DNA from: Halobacteroidaceae bacterium
GTDB taxonomy: Bacteria > Bacillota > Halanaerobiia > B1SED10-174
NCBI GenBank assembly: GCA_003551665.1
Contig: PUNE01000127.1
Coordinates: forward strand, 2,640-66,639
Direction: 5' to 3'
DNA length: 64,000 nt
The notes under the pieces were generated by a model. That model had not been told where the DNA came from. It made no database searches and worked only from the letters and a program-made list of their open reading frames with translations. Made by a program: the position numbers and the translations under genes. Within the stretch, counting starts at the first letter, position 1. Every line of letters starts with the position of its first letter. Shown here piece after piece: positions 27,816 through 37,187 of the stretch.

Positions 27816-28442
27816 ATGGAATTTAAAAGACTGGAAAGAGTCACAGGAATTATTCTTGCCGGGGGAAGCAGTCGAAGAATGGGAAGGTGCAAGTGGAGTC
27901 TTAAGCTGGCAGGGAAAGAGTTGATTTTCTGGACTGTTCAAGCTCTTTTGCCCCTGGTTGGGGAAATCGTTATTGTGAAGAGGCCAGGCCAGCCCATAGC
28001 GGTTCCCGGGGTAAGGATTGTAAATGATGATCTCAGCTATCCTCCCTCAGCCCTGCGAGGTATTGTTGCTGGTCTGATAGCAAGCAAAACCGGGTGGTCT
28101 TTTTTTTGTGGATGTGATATGCCTTTTATTCGCCCTGAACTGGTTAGTTTTCTCTATCAAATGACTCCGGGTTTCAGGGGAGTTGTTCCCGTCCTGGAGG
28201 ATGGCCCCCATCCCCTGCACAGTTTTTACCATCGGGACCTGATCAAACCCATTAAAAAAAACCTGGAAGAAAGGGATTTAAAACTTCTGAAAATTACAGA
28301 ACAGGCCGGTGTAAAAATGGTGACTGAAGAGGATTTTTCGGGGGTGGAACTTGATCGGTCCTCCTTTTTTAATATTAATACTCCTGAAGATATCCAACTT
28401 GCGGAAAGAATGATCGCTGCCCGGGGGGATAAAAGTGGATGA
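27816..28442 (+). CDS. mobA: Molybdenum cofactor guanylyltransferase
   Basis: GIILAGGSSRRMG N-terminal motif, CGCDMPF, 208 aa. Confidence 0.8.
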   Translation: MEFKRLERVTGIILAGGSSRRMGRCKWSLKLAGKELIFWTVQALLPLVGEIVIVKRPGQPIAVPGVRIVNDDLSYPPSALRGIVAGLIASKTGWSFFCGCDMPFIRPELVSFLYQMTPGFRGVVPVLEDGPHPLHSFYHRDLIKPIKKNLEERDLKLLKITEQAGVKMVTEEDFSGVELDRSSFFNINTPEDIQLAERMIAARGDKSG

Positions 28443-29151
28443 AATAGCAAAAATGTCCCTTGTTCAACACCTGGAAGAGCTCCGCTACAGGCTTTTTGTC
28501 ATTGTAGGCTTTGTGTTCGGGTTCAGTCTGGTTTGTTTTGCCTTTGTCGACCAGCTACGGGCAATTATCCTGTTGCCCGCGCATGGGCTTTCACTTGTTT
28601 ATCTCTCGCCTCCCGAAGCTTTCTTAGGCAATATCCGACTTGCCTTTTCCTCGGGTTTATTTTTTTCTTTACCAATTATTCTTTATCAGATACTTGCTTT
28701 TATTTTGCCCGGGTTCTATAAAGAAGAAAGAAGAGTTTTGGTTCCTTCTTTTTTGGCCATTGGTTTCCTTTTTTACCTGGGTTTAATTTTTGGTTATTAT
28801 GTGGTTTTCCCACTTGCAATAAATTTTTTCCTTGGTTTTGCCGGCGAAGAGTTAGTTCCCATGTTTACCTTCCAGAATTACCTTGGATTCTTTTTGCGGT
28901 TTCATTTTGCCTTCAGTATTGTTTTTCAGTTGCCGCTGATTATGTTAATTCTGGGTTTCCTTGGAGTTGTAAGCTACAAGACTCTGGGAAGGATAAGGAA
29001 ATATGCAGTGCTGTTGATTATTATTATTTCTGCAATTCTTACTCCACCCGACTTTTTTTCTCAACTGCTGATGGTCGGGCCCCTTTATTTGCTTTTTGAA
29101 ATTGGCATGGTTTTGATTCGCCTGGTTGAAAGAAGGAGAAAAAGGGCTTAA
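28435..29151 (+). CDS. tatC: Twin-arginine translocase subunit TatC
   Basis: HLEELRYRL N-terminus, six TM helices, TPPD motif (AILTPPDFFSQ). GTG 28435 overlaps the mobA stop; alternative ATG at 28453. Confidence 0.9.
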   Translation: MDEIAKMSLVQHLEELRYRLFVIVGFVFGFSLVCFAFVDQLRAIILLPAHGLSLVYLSPPEAFLGNIRLAFSSGLFFSLPIILYQILAFILPGFYKEERRVLVPSFLAIGFLFYLGLIFGYYVVFPLAINFFLGFAGEELVPMFTFQNYLGFFLRFHFAFSIVFQLPLIMLILGFLGVVSYKTLGRIRKYAVLLIIIISAILTPPDFFSQLLMVGPLYLLFEIGMVLIRLVERRRKRA

Positions 29152-29175
29152 GAAAAAAGGGGAGTGGGGCAGGGT

Positions 29176-30081
29176 ATGAAAAGAGTTTTTGTTTTAACTT
29201 TGATTATCTCTCTGGTGTTCCTATCCCTCCCGGCGGGTGGGGAGAACTGGTTTTTTGATGGTGAACTGGAATTATATTTTGAATATCACCCGGCAGTTTC
29301 CATCCCCAGGGGAAGCCTCCTTTTTGTCCACGGTTTGGGTGGATCAACTTTTAGCTGGAGAAAAACTGCCCCCTACCTTGCGGATGCTGGTTATGAAGTT
29401 TATGCTGTTGATCTGCCGGGATTCGGGAAAAGCCCTGGAGCGGATGGCCTGGATTTATCACGGGCAGGATATGCCCGAATGCTCTGGGGTTTCTGGAAGG
29501 AAAAATCCCCTCCTGAGCCGTGGTATTTTATCGGGCACTCTATGGGGGGCGGGGTAGTAGTTCAAATGGCGAGCATGGGAAAAGGTGAGGTTGAAGGTCT
29601 GATCCTTGTCGCTCCAGCCCTGCAGGGACAGGGTGGGGGTTTCTGGGCCAACATTTTTCGCTGGAGGCCAGCCCGTAAATTGGGAGGATGGTTTATGGAA
29701 AAATTTTTTCTAAACGAGGAAAGGGTGGAAGAAATCCTTAATTCCGCCTATGGCCGGGAACCTACCCCTGAAGAATTATCCGCATATTATGAACCCCTGG
29801 CCAGGCCAGGGGCGTTGGAGTTTCTTTTTAAAATGACTGCAGATAACAGGAAAGCCAGGGTTGAAGATCCTGAAATTGTCAGAGAAAAAACTTTTTTTAT
29901 CTGGGGCGAGGAGGATGAATGGGTTCCCCCCCCCAAAGACCAAAAAGAACTGGAGCAATTCTTGAGCTATGAACTTAGGACAATTCCTGGCGGGGGCCAC
30001 CTGGTCATGGAGACTCACTGGGAAGAAACCCTTGGTTTAATTCTTGGTTTCCTGGGAGGGGCACATAATGATCCCCATTAG
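29176..30081 (+). CDS. Secreted alpha/beta hydrolase
   Basis: Signal peptide, HGLGGS, nucleophile elbow GHSMGG, C-terminal GGHLVMETH. ATG 29176 preferred over the GTG at 29164. Confidence 0.7.
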   Translation: MKRVFVLTLIISLVFLSLPAGGENWFFDGELELYFEYHPAVSIPRGSLLFVHGLGGSTFSWRKTAPYLADAGYEVYAVDLPGFGKSPGADGLDLSRAGYARMLWGFWKEKSPPEPWYFIGHSMGGGVVVQMASMGKGEVEGLILVAPALQGQGGGFWANIFRWRPARKLGGWFMEKFFLNEERVEEILNSAYGREPTPEELSAYYEPLARPGALEFLFKMTADNRKARVEDPEIVREKTFFIWGEEDEWVPPPKDQKELEQFLSYELRTIPGGGHLVMETHWEETLGLILGFLGGAHNDPH

Positions 30082-30730
30082 AGACGATGTGCCCCGGAGA
30101 AGATTTCCCATCATTACCTGGTTATTAATCCTGGTCAATTCTGGTATTTTTTTCTGGCAGACCCAGTTTTCCCAGATGGAGTTAATGAGTTTTTTTTATA
30201 GTTATGGAATAGTTCCCCGCCTGTTTTTAACCTCAATTCCTCCCGACTTGGCAGTTCTGGTCAGTTCTATGTTTTTGCACGGCAACCTTGGGCACCTGAT
30301 CGGGAACATGTGGATTCTGGGACTTTTTGGAGACAATGTTGAAGACCGGCTGGGGCATTTTTCTTTCCTGCTTTTTTTTCTGGCAGCGGGTGCTTTTTCG
30401 GGACTGGTCCACATTATCTTTAATCCGGCTTCAATGGTACCTACTATAGGTGCTTCCGGGGCAATTGCCGGTGTAATGGGAGCATACCTTTTCCTGTTTC
30501 CCCTGGCCAGGGTTACTGCAGTAATTCCCATAATAATAATCCCATATTTTTTCAGGGTTCCTTCGTTTTTATATATCGGTGCGTGGTTTTTGGTTCAGGT
30601 CTATTACGGGACACTGGCCCTTGGATTGGGAGCCCCATACGGAGGAATTGCCTGGTGGGCCCATATTGGGGGATTTGTTTTCGGGGTAATTTTTTACAGG
30701 TTTTTCCGGAGTGCCCCTAGGCGTATTTAG
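30068..30730 (+). CDS. Rhomboid-family intramembrane serine protease
   Basis: FLHGNLGHLIGNMW, catalytic GASGAIAGVMGAY and downstream AHIGG. ATG 30068 follows GGGAGGGG. Confidence 0.85.
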   Translation: MIPIRDDVPRRRFPIITWLLILVNSGIFFWQTQFSQMELMSFFYSYGIVPRLFLTSIPPDLAVLVSSMFLHGNLGHLIGNMWILGLFGDNVEDRLGHFSFLLFFLAAGAFSGLVHIIFNPASMVPTIGASGAIAGVMGAYLFLFPLARVTAVIPIIIIPYFFRVPSFLYIGAWFLVQVYYGTLALGLGAPYGGIAWWAHIGGFVFGVIFYRFFRSAPRRI

Positions 30731-31262
30731 CCCTTTCACCGCCAATTAATTTTGGACGGGTTCGGGCCATGGTTAAGTGGGCCGAACCTAAAGAAGTACT
30801 TGGGGGGCGCACAGGCACAGCGACGGGCTTCAGGTGCATTCCGATGAAGGTATCTCCGATATCCATTCCGGCATGGGCTTGGATTTTTTCAACAAGAACG
30901 GGGTTTTTTAATTTTTCCATAGCAATGGTGGCTGTTGCGCCTCCGGCTTTGGAGTGAGGTATTGCATTGACGATTTCCAGGCAGTATCTTCGTGCACAAT
31001 CTTCCTCTACAACCAGGGCCCGGTTAAGATGTTCGCAGCACTGAACAGCCAGGAAAATTTGGTTTTTCTGGGTTTCATCATAAACTGCCTGAAAAATGTG
31101 TTCCGCAATTTCCAGGCTGGAAGCGGAACCTATTTTTTTGCCCAAAACCTCACTGCTGCTACACCCTAGGACAAAAATATCCCCTTCTCTTAAGTTAGCC
31201 TCGGGCAGAAGGACTGCCAGTGCATCCTTAATTTTTTCCCGTAATTCCGCATAATCATTCAT
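30717..31262 (-). CDS. UPF0340 (YwlG/TIGR01440) family protein
   Basis: GDIFVLGCSSSEVLGKKIG... and GMDIGDTFIGMHLK match my recollection of the YwlG family. Confidence 0.6.
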   Translation of the reverse strand: MNDYAELREKIKDALAVLLPEANLREGDIFVLGCSSSEVLGKKIGSASSLEIAEHIFQAVYDETQKNQIFLAVQCCEHLNRALVVEEDCARRYCLEIVNAIPHSKAGGATATIAMEKLKNPVLVEKIQAHAGMDIGDTFIGMHLKPVAVPVRPPSTSLGSAHLTMARTRPKLIGGERAKYA

Positions 31263-31388
31263 CTGCAGACCTCCTTTCTATAATCAGGATACAACATCTC
31301 CCGGGGTTTTTCCACTTTTTTTCTCCCCGGGAAGGAATCGAAGGTAATACTGCGAATAAAGCAATAAAAGCTACCGAGGAGGGGTACA

Positions 31389-31904
31389 ATGCGCTTAAAG
31401 GGAAAACACGTTTTGATCCTTGCCGAAGCGGAGTTCGAAGATATTGAACTCTGGTACCCGCTTCTTCGTCTCAAAGAAGAGGGGGCAAAGGTTTCAGTAA
31501 TTGGGAATTCAGGGGAGTATATGGGGAAAAAGGGAATGGGTGTAAAGGTTGACGCCAAGCCCGAAGATATAAATCCTTCCAAGGTTGATGGGGTTGTGGT
31601 TCCCGGAGGCTGGGCACCGGATCGTCTGCGCAGGCAGGAAAATATTTTGAAACTGGTCCGGGAAATATATAACGGGAAAAAGCTTGTTGCAACAATATGC
31701 CACGGGGGATGGGTTTTGATTTCTGCTGATATTGTCTCCGGACATCAAATGACTTCTTTTGCAGCAATTAAAGATGACTTAAAAAATGCGGGAGCTGATT
31801 TTGTAGACGACGAGGTTGTGGTTGATTATAACATTATTTCTTCCCGTACTCCCCTTGATCTCCCGGCTTTCATGCGGGAAATAATAAACTTCCTTGAAAA
31901 GTAA
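31389..31904 (+). CDS. DJ-1/PfpI-family intracellular protease/deglycase
   Basis: FEDIELWYP, VVPGGWAPDRLR, nucleophile elbow ATICHGGWVLISA. Confidence 0.85.
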   Translation: MRLKGKHVLILAEAEFEDIELWYPLLRLKEEGAKVSVIGNSGEYMGKKGMGVKVDAKPEDINPSKVDGVVVPGGWAPDRLRRQENILKLVREIYNGKKLVATICHGGWVLISADIVSGHQMTSFAAIKDDLKNAGADFVDDEVVVDYNIISSRTPLDLPAFMREIINFLEK

Positions 31905-31931
31905 AAGAGGGGGGTAAAACCCCTCTCTTTT
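31904..31931 (+). terminator. Rho-independent terminator after the pfpI-like gene
   Basis: AGAGGGG pairs with CCCCTCT, 7-nt loop, then CTTTT. Confidence 0.7.
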
Positions 31932-32212
31932 ACTTTCAGTTTCTTTTGGGGTGGCAATAATACAGCTCCAGAAGGTTCCCAAGGATTGGCAAACCACTAT
32001 TGGGAGAAATGATTTCAGAAAATCTCATTTAGGACTCTCTTTCCGGGGCTGTTTCACCAGTTAGAACCTAATTTTCGGGAAATAAGACATCCCGGACCAG
32101 GGATTGTTCCAAACATGAGTCAACCACTTATTCACAGCACCCATTTTGGATTTTCCTGATTACCTTCGCTTATGATTTTTCAGTTCAGTTCTCCACCAGG
32201 ACAAAATTTTCC

Positions 32213-32241
32213 CCAAAAAAACTCCGGATTGCTCCGGAGTT
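32213..32241 (-). terminator. Rho-independent terminator after the rubrerythrin-like gene
   Basis: AACTCCGGA pairs with TCCGGAGTT, loop TTGC. Followed on the minus strand by T-rich TTTTTTTGGGG. Confidence 0.7.
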
Positions 32242-32813
32242 TAGACCATCCAGTTCCAGACCTTGCTTTCAGTTTCAGAAAACCAGTGATCCCGGTCGGT
32301 CAGGTAATAATAGACATTTTGCAGGGCATCGAAATGCCTTTTTTCTTCTTCTTTCATTTTTTTGAAGAAATCCCTTGTTTTTTCATCCTCCGCTTCCCGG
32401 AAGAACTTATCGTACATTTCAAAACCCTTGTTTTCAATATCCATGGCCATTTCGTAGCCGTCCAGGTTACTCATTTTTTTCTCCTGCAACTGCTCTACTT
32501 TAAAGGCACTGAAATACTCTTTCATCTGTTCCTCAATTGTTGTTTTCATCAGCGGATCTTGGCCCAGAGCTTCACCCTTATCCAGTTTTCGCCTGATGTC
32601 ATCAATTATCAGGATGTGCTCAACTTCTTCCTTGGCCAGGGTGTAAAACAGGCGCCGTCCCAGGCGGTTTTCAGTCTGGGATGCCAGTTCCATGTAGAAG
32701 GAGACTCCTTTTCTTTCGAAGTTTACTGCCCCCTGTACGGCTTCTTCAAGATTCATTTGACTCTCCCCTTTCTTAAAATCCTTCCTAGTTAGTAATTCTT
32801 CCTGATCAAACAA
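32241..32813 (-). CDS. Ferritin-like/rubrerythrin-family protein (second copy)
   Basis: AVNFERKGVSFYMELA...LAKEEVEHILII and MAMDIENKGFEMY...MKEEEKRHFDAL helix pairs. Confidence 0.65.
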   Translation of the reverse strand: MFDQEELLTRKDFKKGESQMNLEEAVQGAVNFERKGVSFYMELASQTENRLGRRLFYTLAKEEVEHILIIDDIRRKLDKGEALGQDPLMKTTIEEQMKEYFSAFKVEQLQEKKMSNLDGYEMAMDIENKGFEMYDKFFREAEDEKTRDFFKKMKEEEKRHFDALQNVYYYLTDRDHWFSETESKVWNWMV

Positions 32814-32834
32814 AAACCTTTAATCCGGTTGGAA

Positions 32835-34430
32835 TTATTCTTGAAGAATGGCAAACCCATCTGGAGGCAGCAAAACCCTTTTTTTGCCTGCTTCAATTTC
32901 AAGAGTGGGGCAGGAAAAGGCGAGATGGGGTGAAACGAATTTACTGGGAAGTTCAACGGGCTGATCTCTGGAAGAAAAGTTGATGAGGATTAAAAGGTTT
33001 TCACCAGGAACCTTCCGCTGGTAAGCCAGGACCGAGGAATTTGAAGGGTTGGTAAATCTTATTATTCCGCTTTGAAGTGCATTGGAACTGTTCCGAAATT
33101 TGATCAACCTGCGGTAAAAATGGTAAAGAGATTGGGGATCTTTTTTCTGATCTGCAACGTTAACCCGGGGGAAGTTGGGATTGACAGGAAGCCATGGATT
33201 GGCATCGGTGAAACCTGCGTTGGGACTATCATCCCACTGCATGGGAGTCCTGGAGCCATCACGACCCGGATGGAAAGGCCAGTACCTTTTCCCCACAGGA
33301 TCCCGGATTTGGGCCCGGGGGATTCTCCCCTGGGGCATACCAAGTTCTTCCCCGTAGTAAATGACAGGGGTTCCCTTTAGGGTTAAGACCATTCCTGCTG
33401 CCGCCCTGGCCCGGTTTTGGCAATTTCCATAACGGGAGAAATGGCGAGGGACATCGTGGTTGGAAAGAGTATAGACAGGCCAGTTTCCTGTGCCCAGGAG
33501 TTTTTCCCAATCTTCAATTGAGACTTGAAAGGCTTTCGCTTTCCATGGTTGTTCCAGGAAATCGAAATTGAAATTCAAATGAAGGCCATCACTGGCAGGG
33601 CCATAATAGGAAGCGGCAATTTCGGTATTGCGCTCGGCAACTTCTCCCAGGGCCAATTTATGGGGATAAAGGTCCACAAGAGACCGGATTTCCCTCATTA
33701 TTTCTATGGTTTCCGGCCGGTTTTTATCGTAAATATGCTTTTGCATTTCGTACGGGCGCCTTCCTATGCAAAGGGGATTGGAGCGAAGCCTATCATCTTT
33801 CAGAAAAAAGTCCACAACATCCAGGCGGAAACCGTCAGCGCCTTTTTCCAGCCAGAATCTGATAATATTGTACAACTCTTTTTTTACATCTGGATTTCTC
33901 CAGTTTAGATCTGGTTGTTCAGGTGTAAAGGAATGGAGGTAGTATTGCTTTCTTTTTTCTGACCAGGTCCAGGCTGAACCACCAAAAACAGATTTCCAGT
34001 TATTGGGCGGTCTCCGGGGAGGGCGGGGGTTTGCCCAAATATACCAATCCGACCTGGTGTTATTACGGGAAGACGAGGATTCAATAAACCAGGGATGGAG
34101 GTGAGAGGTGTGGTTTAAAGCAAGGTCCAGAATAATCCGGATATTTTTCTTCCGGGCAGTTAGAAGCATTTCCTGGAAAAGGTCCATAGAACCGAATAGA
34201 GGTTCAATATTATAATAGTCAGAGGTGTCATAACCGAAATCGTACATGGGGGAAGGGAAAATAGGGCATAACCAGAGTCCACTAACCCCCAATTCCTCAA
34301 GGTAATCTAGTTTTTTAATAATTCCCCTGAGGTCACCAATTCCATTGCCGGTGGTATCCAAAAAAGAACGGGGATAAATTTGATAGATAACTCCTTTTTG
34401 CCACCAGGGTTGTTCGGGCAAGAGGATCAT
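32835..34430 (-). CDS. GH13 alpha-glucosidase / oligo-1,6-glucosidase family
   Basis: WWQKGVIYQIYPRSFLDTTGNGIGDLRG, DLALNHTS, GFRLDVVDF, GEV, SNHD conserved regions. ATG 34430 follows GGAGAAAGG; the ORF-track TTG at 34457 has no SD. Confidence 0.85.
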   Translation of the reverse strand: MILLPEQPWWQKGVIYQIYPRSFLDTTGNGIGDLRGIIKKLDYLEELGVSGLWLCPIFPSPMYDFGYDTSDYYNIEPLFGSMDLFQEMLLTARKKNIRIILDLALNHTSHLHPWFIESSSSRNNTRSDWYIWANPRPPRRPPNNWKSVFGGSAWTWSEKRKQYYLHSFTPEQPDLNWRNPDVKKELYNIIRFWLEKGADGFRLDVVDFFLKDDRLRSNPLCIGRRPYEMQKHIYDKNRPETIEIMREIRSLVDLYPHKLALGEVAERNTEIAASYYGPASDGLHLNFNFDFLEQPWKAKAFQVSIEDWEKLLGTGNWPVYTLSNHDVPRHFSRYGNCQNRARAAAGMVLTLKGTPVIYYGEELGMPQGRIPRAQIRDPVGKRYWPFHPGRDGSRTPMQWDDSPNAGFTDANPWLPVNPNFPRVNVADQKKDPQSLYHFYRRLIKFRNSSNALQSGIIRFTNPSNSSVLAYQRKVPGENLLILINFSSRDQPVELPSKFVSPHLAFSCPTLEIEAGKKRVLLPPDGFAILQE

Positions 34431-34646
34431 CCTTTCTCCAGAAAAAGGGACTGCCAACCGGTTTGGATCAAATCGTGGTGAGACCCCAGAAAAGATGAAG
34501 CCAGAATAATCTTCGGAGGGTATAAGTTATCCCACCGGGAGAATATAGTTTTCCAGTTTGCAGGGTACAGGAAATCCCGGAGAGAATATAAAAAAAGAGC
34601 TTGCTTCAGTAAGCAATTTAATAAAAAAAAGGGAAGTGAAGCAAAA

Positions 34647-35549
34647 ATGGTAATAATTAAAGCAGAACAGGCGATTTATTCTTTTGCCCCGGATAATAAA
34701 CCGGTGGCAACTGTTAAAGCGGGGGAAGTTGCAGTTTTTGAAACCAAGGATTGTTTTAGCAACCAGATTCAATCTTCAGAGCAGCTTTTTGAAAGCGCTG
34801 ATTGGTCTGCGATTAACCCCGCAACGGGTCCCCTGGGAGTGGAAGGGGCCCGGGAGGGGGATACTCTGGTAGTGGATATTCTGGATATTGAAACTGCTGA
34901 TTTTGGTGTTATGACTGCAGTAGCAGATATGGGGGCTATCCCTAATCTCCTGGATGGTTCAGAAACAAAAATTGTCCCGATTAAGAATGGATGGGCTGAA
35001 TTCAGCAGCAAGCTGAAACTCCCTGTAAAACCAATGGTAGGGGTTATAGGAACTGCTCCGAAGGTAGAAACCATCCCCTGTGGAACTCCGGGAACACACG
35101 GGGGAAATATGGACACCAAAGAAATACGCAGGGGAACTAGGCTTTATCTTCCGGTCTGGCAGGAAGGAGCACTCCTTGCCGTGGGCGATCTGCATGCTCT
35201 GCAGGCAGATGGTGAGGTGCTTTTCTGCGGAATTGAGGTTGCGGGAAGGGTAACTGTTAAAGTTGACATTCTCAAAGAAAAAACTCTGCCCACTCCTATC
35301 CTGGAAACAGAAGACCATTTCTACATCATTGGCTCGGCAGGAGACCTTGATGAAGCTGCAAAGGTGGTTATGGAGTGGACCCATGCGTTTCTAAAGGAAA
35401 GGCTTCCTCTGAGTAAAAATGAAGTGGGGATGCTGATGAGCCTTGTCTGTGACCTGCAGATTAGCCAGGTTGTGGACCCCCTTCTGACCTGCCGTATGGC
35501 TATTCCTAAGGCAGCTTTTTCCCCCTTTCAATTATCCTTTGGGGGCTAG
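34647..35549 (+). CDS. Acetamidase/formamidase-family amidohydrolase
   Basis: N-terminal PVATVKAGEVAVFETKDC, GPLGVEGAREGDTL, HGGNMD, typical of FmdA/AmdA. Confidence 0.75.
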   Translation: MVIIKAEQAIYSFAPDNKPVATVKAGEVAVFETKDCFSNQIQSSEQLFESADWSAINPATGPLGVEGAREGDTLVVDILDIETADFGVMTAVADMGAIPNLLDGSETKIVPIKNGWAEFSSKLKLPVKPMVGVIGTAPKVETIPCGTPGTHGGNMDTKEIRRGTRLYLPVWQEGALLAVGDLHALQADGEVLFCGIEVAGRVTVKVDILKEKTLPTPILETEDHFYIIGSAGDLDEAAKVVMEWTHAFLKERLPLSKNEVGMLMSLVCDLQISQVVDPLLTCRMAIPKAAFSPFQLSFGG

Positions 35550-36039
35550 GTATTGCGGTAAGATCGATCAACCAGCTGGCAAGGAAAACGCGTAATAAAG
35601 AAAGGTAAATTATCGCGCCCCAGATTACCAGAAGGGTTTCCCACTGCCAGAGGTTATAAATCAGGCCAACCGCCAGACCAGCAGCAGGAGGGTGTTCGGA
35701 ATTTGTTGCTGCCATAAAAAATAGGGTGAGGCCAGCAGCCAGAGCCCCAATAGAAACTGAAGAAAGGGAAGAGCCTCCGGTAAAAAGAACTATGTAATAA
35801 GCCAGAATTCCAACTACCGTTCCCCAGAAATACCCCCCCAAAATTCGGCGGGGCTGAGAAGAATAAGAATGGGGAAGGGAAAAGACAACAAATATTGTGG
35901 CGCCAATAGTACTGATTATTGCCCCGTGCTGATTGAGGTCAAGGATTAAAAATAGAAAAAATACAGAAACCGTTGCCAGCAGACATTGAATAAGGTATTG
36001 TTTTGGGCTTTTCTTCATTTGCGGGTCCCAGAACGGCAT
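35506..36039 (-). CDS. HPP-family membrane protein
   Basis: Four to five TM helices with the SEHPPAAG (HPP) motif. Its 3' end overlaps the convergent formamidase gene by 44 nt. Confidence 0.7.
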   Translation of the reverse strand: MPFWDPQMKKSPKQYLIQCLLATVSVFFLFLILDLNQHGAIISTIGATIFVVFSLPHSYSSQPRRILGGYFWGTVVGILAYYIVLFTGGSSLSSVSIGALAAGLTLFFMAATNSEHPPAAGLAVGLIYNLWQWETLLVIWGAIIYLSLLRVFLASWLIDLTAIPSPQRIIERGKKLP

Positions 36040-36150
36040 AGGTTCAATGCTCCTTTGGGGTCGGCCCTAAGCTTGCCGACCCTTTTCTTAATTGCAAGTT
36101 TAAAACATTGATTATTATTTCCCGCAAACAGGTTTTTTCCCTTTTTTTCT

Positions 36151-36189
36151 TTTACACAAACTTTACATTGCCATAAAATTCCCCTTACA
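36151..36189 (+). promoter_or_regulatory. Pho box array (PhoP-type direct repeats)
   Basis: TTTACA (36151), TTTACA (36162), ATAAAA (36173), CTTACA (36184): four hexamers at exact 11-bp spacing, about 50 nt upstream of pstS. Confidence 0.7.
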
Positions 36190-36239
36190 ACCCCGGTTTA
36201 AAATTAGAGCAGAAAGAAAATTTAAAGGGGGTTTTTTAT

Positions 36240-37127
36240 TTGCGCAAATCATTGGTTATTGTTTCCCTGTTGTTAATGGCTTTTTTCTTTGGTAGTGTTT
36301 TGCAGGCTTCAGCAGAAATGATTCAAATCAGGGGTTCGGATACAGAGGTTAATCTGGTTCAGCGCCTTACAGAAGTTTTTATGGACCAGAACCCTGGAAG
36401 CTATTTTGCAGTAACGGGTGGAGGTTCAGGAACAGGGATTGCAGCTTTAATTAACAAACAGATTGATATTGCAAATTCATCACGAGAAATGTCTGAAGCG
36501 GAAATTGAACAGGCTCGTAACAATGGTGTGGAACCGGTACCCTTCATTTTTGCCCAGGATGGGCTGGCCGTAGTTGTTAACTCTTCTAACTCTGTGGAAG
36601 AACTAACTATTGAGGAAATTGGAGCAATATTCCGCGGCGAGATAACTAACTGGAGCGAAGTTGGCGGAAACGACCAGAAGATTTCTCTTTATGGAAGACA
36701 GAGCAACTCAGGTACTTTTGTTTACTTCCGAGCCAATGTTGTAAAAGGTGATTACTCTCCTCAGAAAAAAATGATGAACGGCAATGCACAGATAGTTGAA
36801 GGTGTTCTTGCTGACCGGGCCGGTATTGGTTACATCGGAATTGGTTATGCAGTTGATGGTGGCGAGGTTGTTCCTGGCCTAAGTGTTTTGAAAGTAGCGG
36901 CAGATGAGACTTCTCCAGCAGCTACTCCACTTGAACTGGAAAATATTATGCAGGGTCTTTACCCAATAGTTCGTCCTCTTTATCATTACACCGACGGGAA
37001 ACCTGAAGGCAAGGTAAAAGGGTACCTTGAATTTATAATGACCGAAGAAGGCCAGAATATTGTAATCAAGGAAGGTTTTTTCCCTATTACAGATGATTAC
37101 CGACGCCAGAATGAAGCCAGTTTTTAA
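36240..37127 (+). CDS. pstS: Phosphate ABC transporter substrate-binding protein
   Basis: Signal peptide, IRGSDTEVNL, VTGGGSGTGI, SSREM, GTFVYF motifs. Confidence 0.85.
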   Translation: MRKSLVIVSLLLMAFFFGSVLQASAEMIQIRGSDTEVNLVQRLTEVFMDQNPGSYFAVTGGGSGTGIAALINKQIDIANSSREMSEAEIEQARNNGVEPVPFIFAQDGLAVVVNSSNSVEELTIEEIGAIFRGEITNWSEVGGNDQKISLYGRQSNSGTFVYFRANVVKGDYSPQKKMMNGNAQIVEGVLADRAGIGYIGIGYAVDGGEVVPGLSVLKVAADETSPAATPLELENIMQGLYPIVRPLYHYTDGKPEGKVKGYLEFIMTEEGQNIVIKEGFFPITDDYRRQNEASF

Positions 37128-37187
37128 ATCTTAAAAAAGTGAAGGGGCCTGCCCGGAGGGGCAGGCCTGGAGGGCTGGAGAGCCTTC

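Noticed and set aside
27533-27941. Ser-rich and Phe/Leu-rich minus-strand ORFs opposite tatA and mobA
   Set aside because: They arise from the GAA/GAG-rich acidic tail of tatA read in reverse and have no start context.
31932-32212. About 280 nt of non-coding sequence between the pfpI-like and rubrerythrin-like genes
   Set aside because: It contains only short AT-rich or 6-bp stems, with no conserved motif, repeat or ORF that I could support. It may be decayed sequence, but that cannot be argued from this window alone.
32172-32792. 206-aa plus-strand ORF
   Set aside because: It is the mirror frame of the rubrerythrin-like gene at 32241-32813, which has clear diiron helix motifs and its own terminator. 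The plus-strand product is Phe/Leu-rich nonsense.
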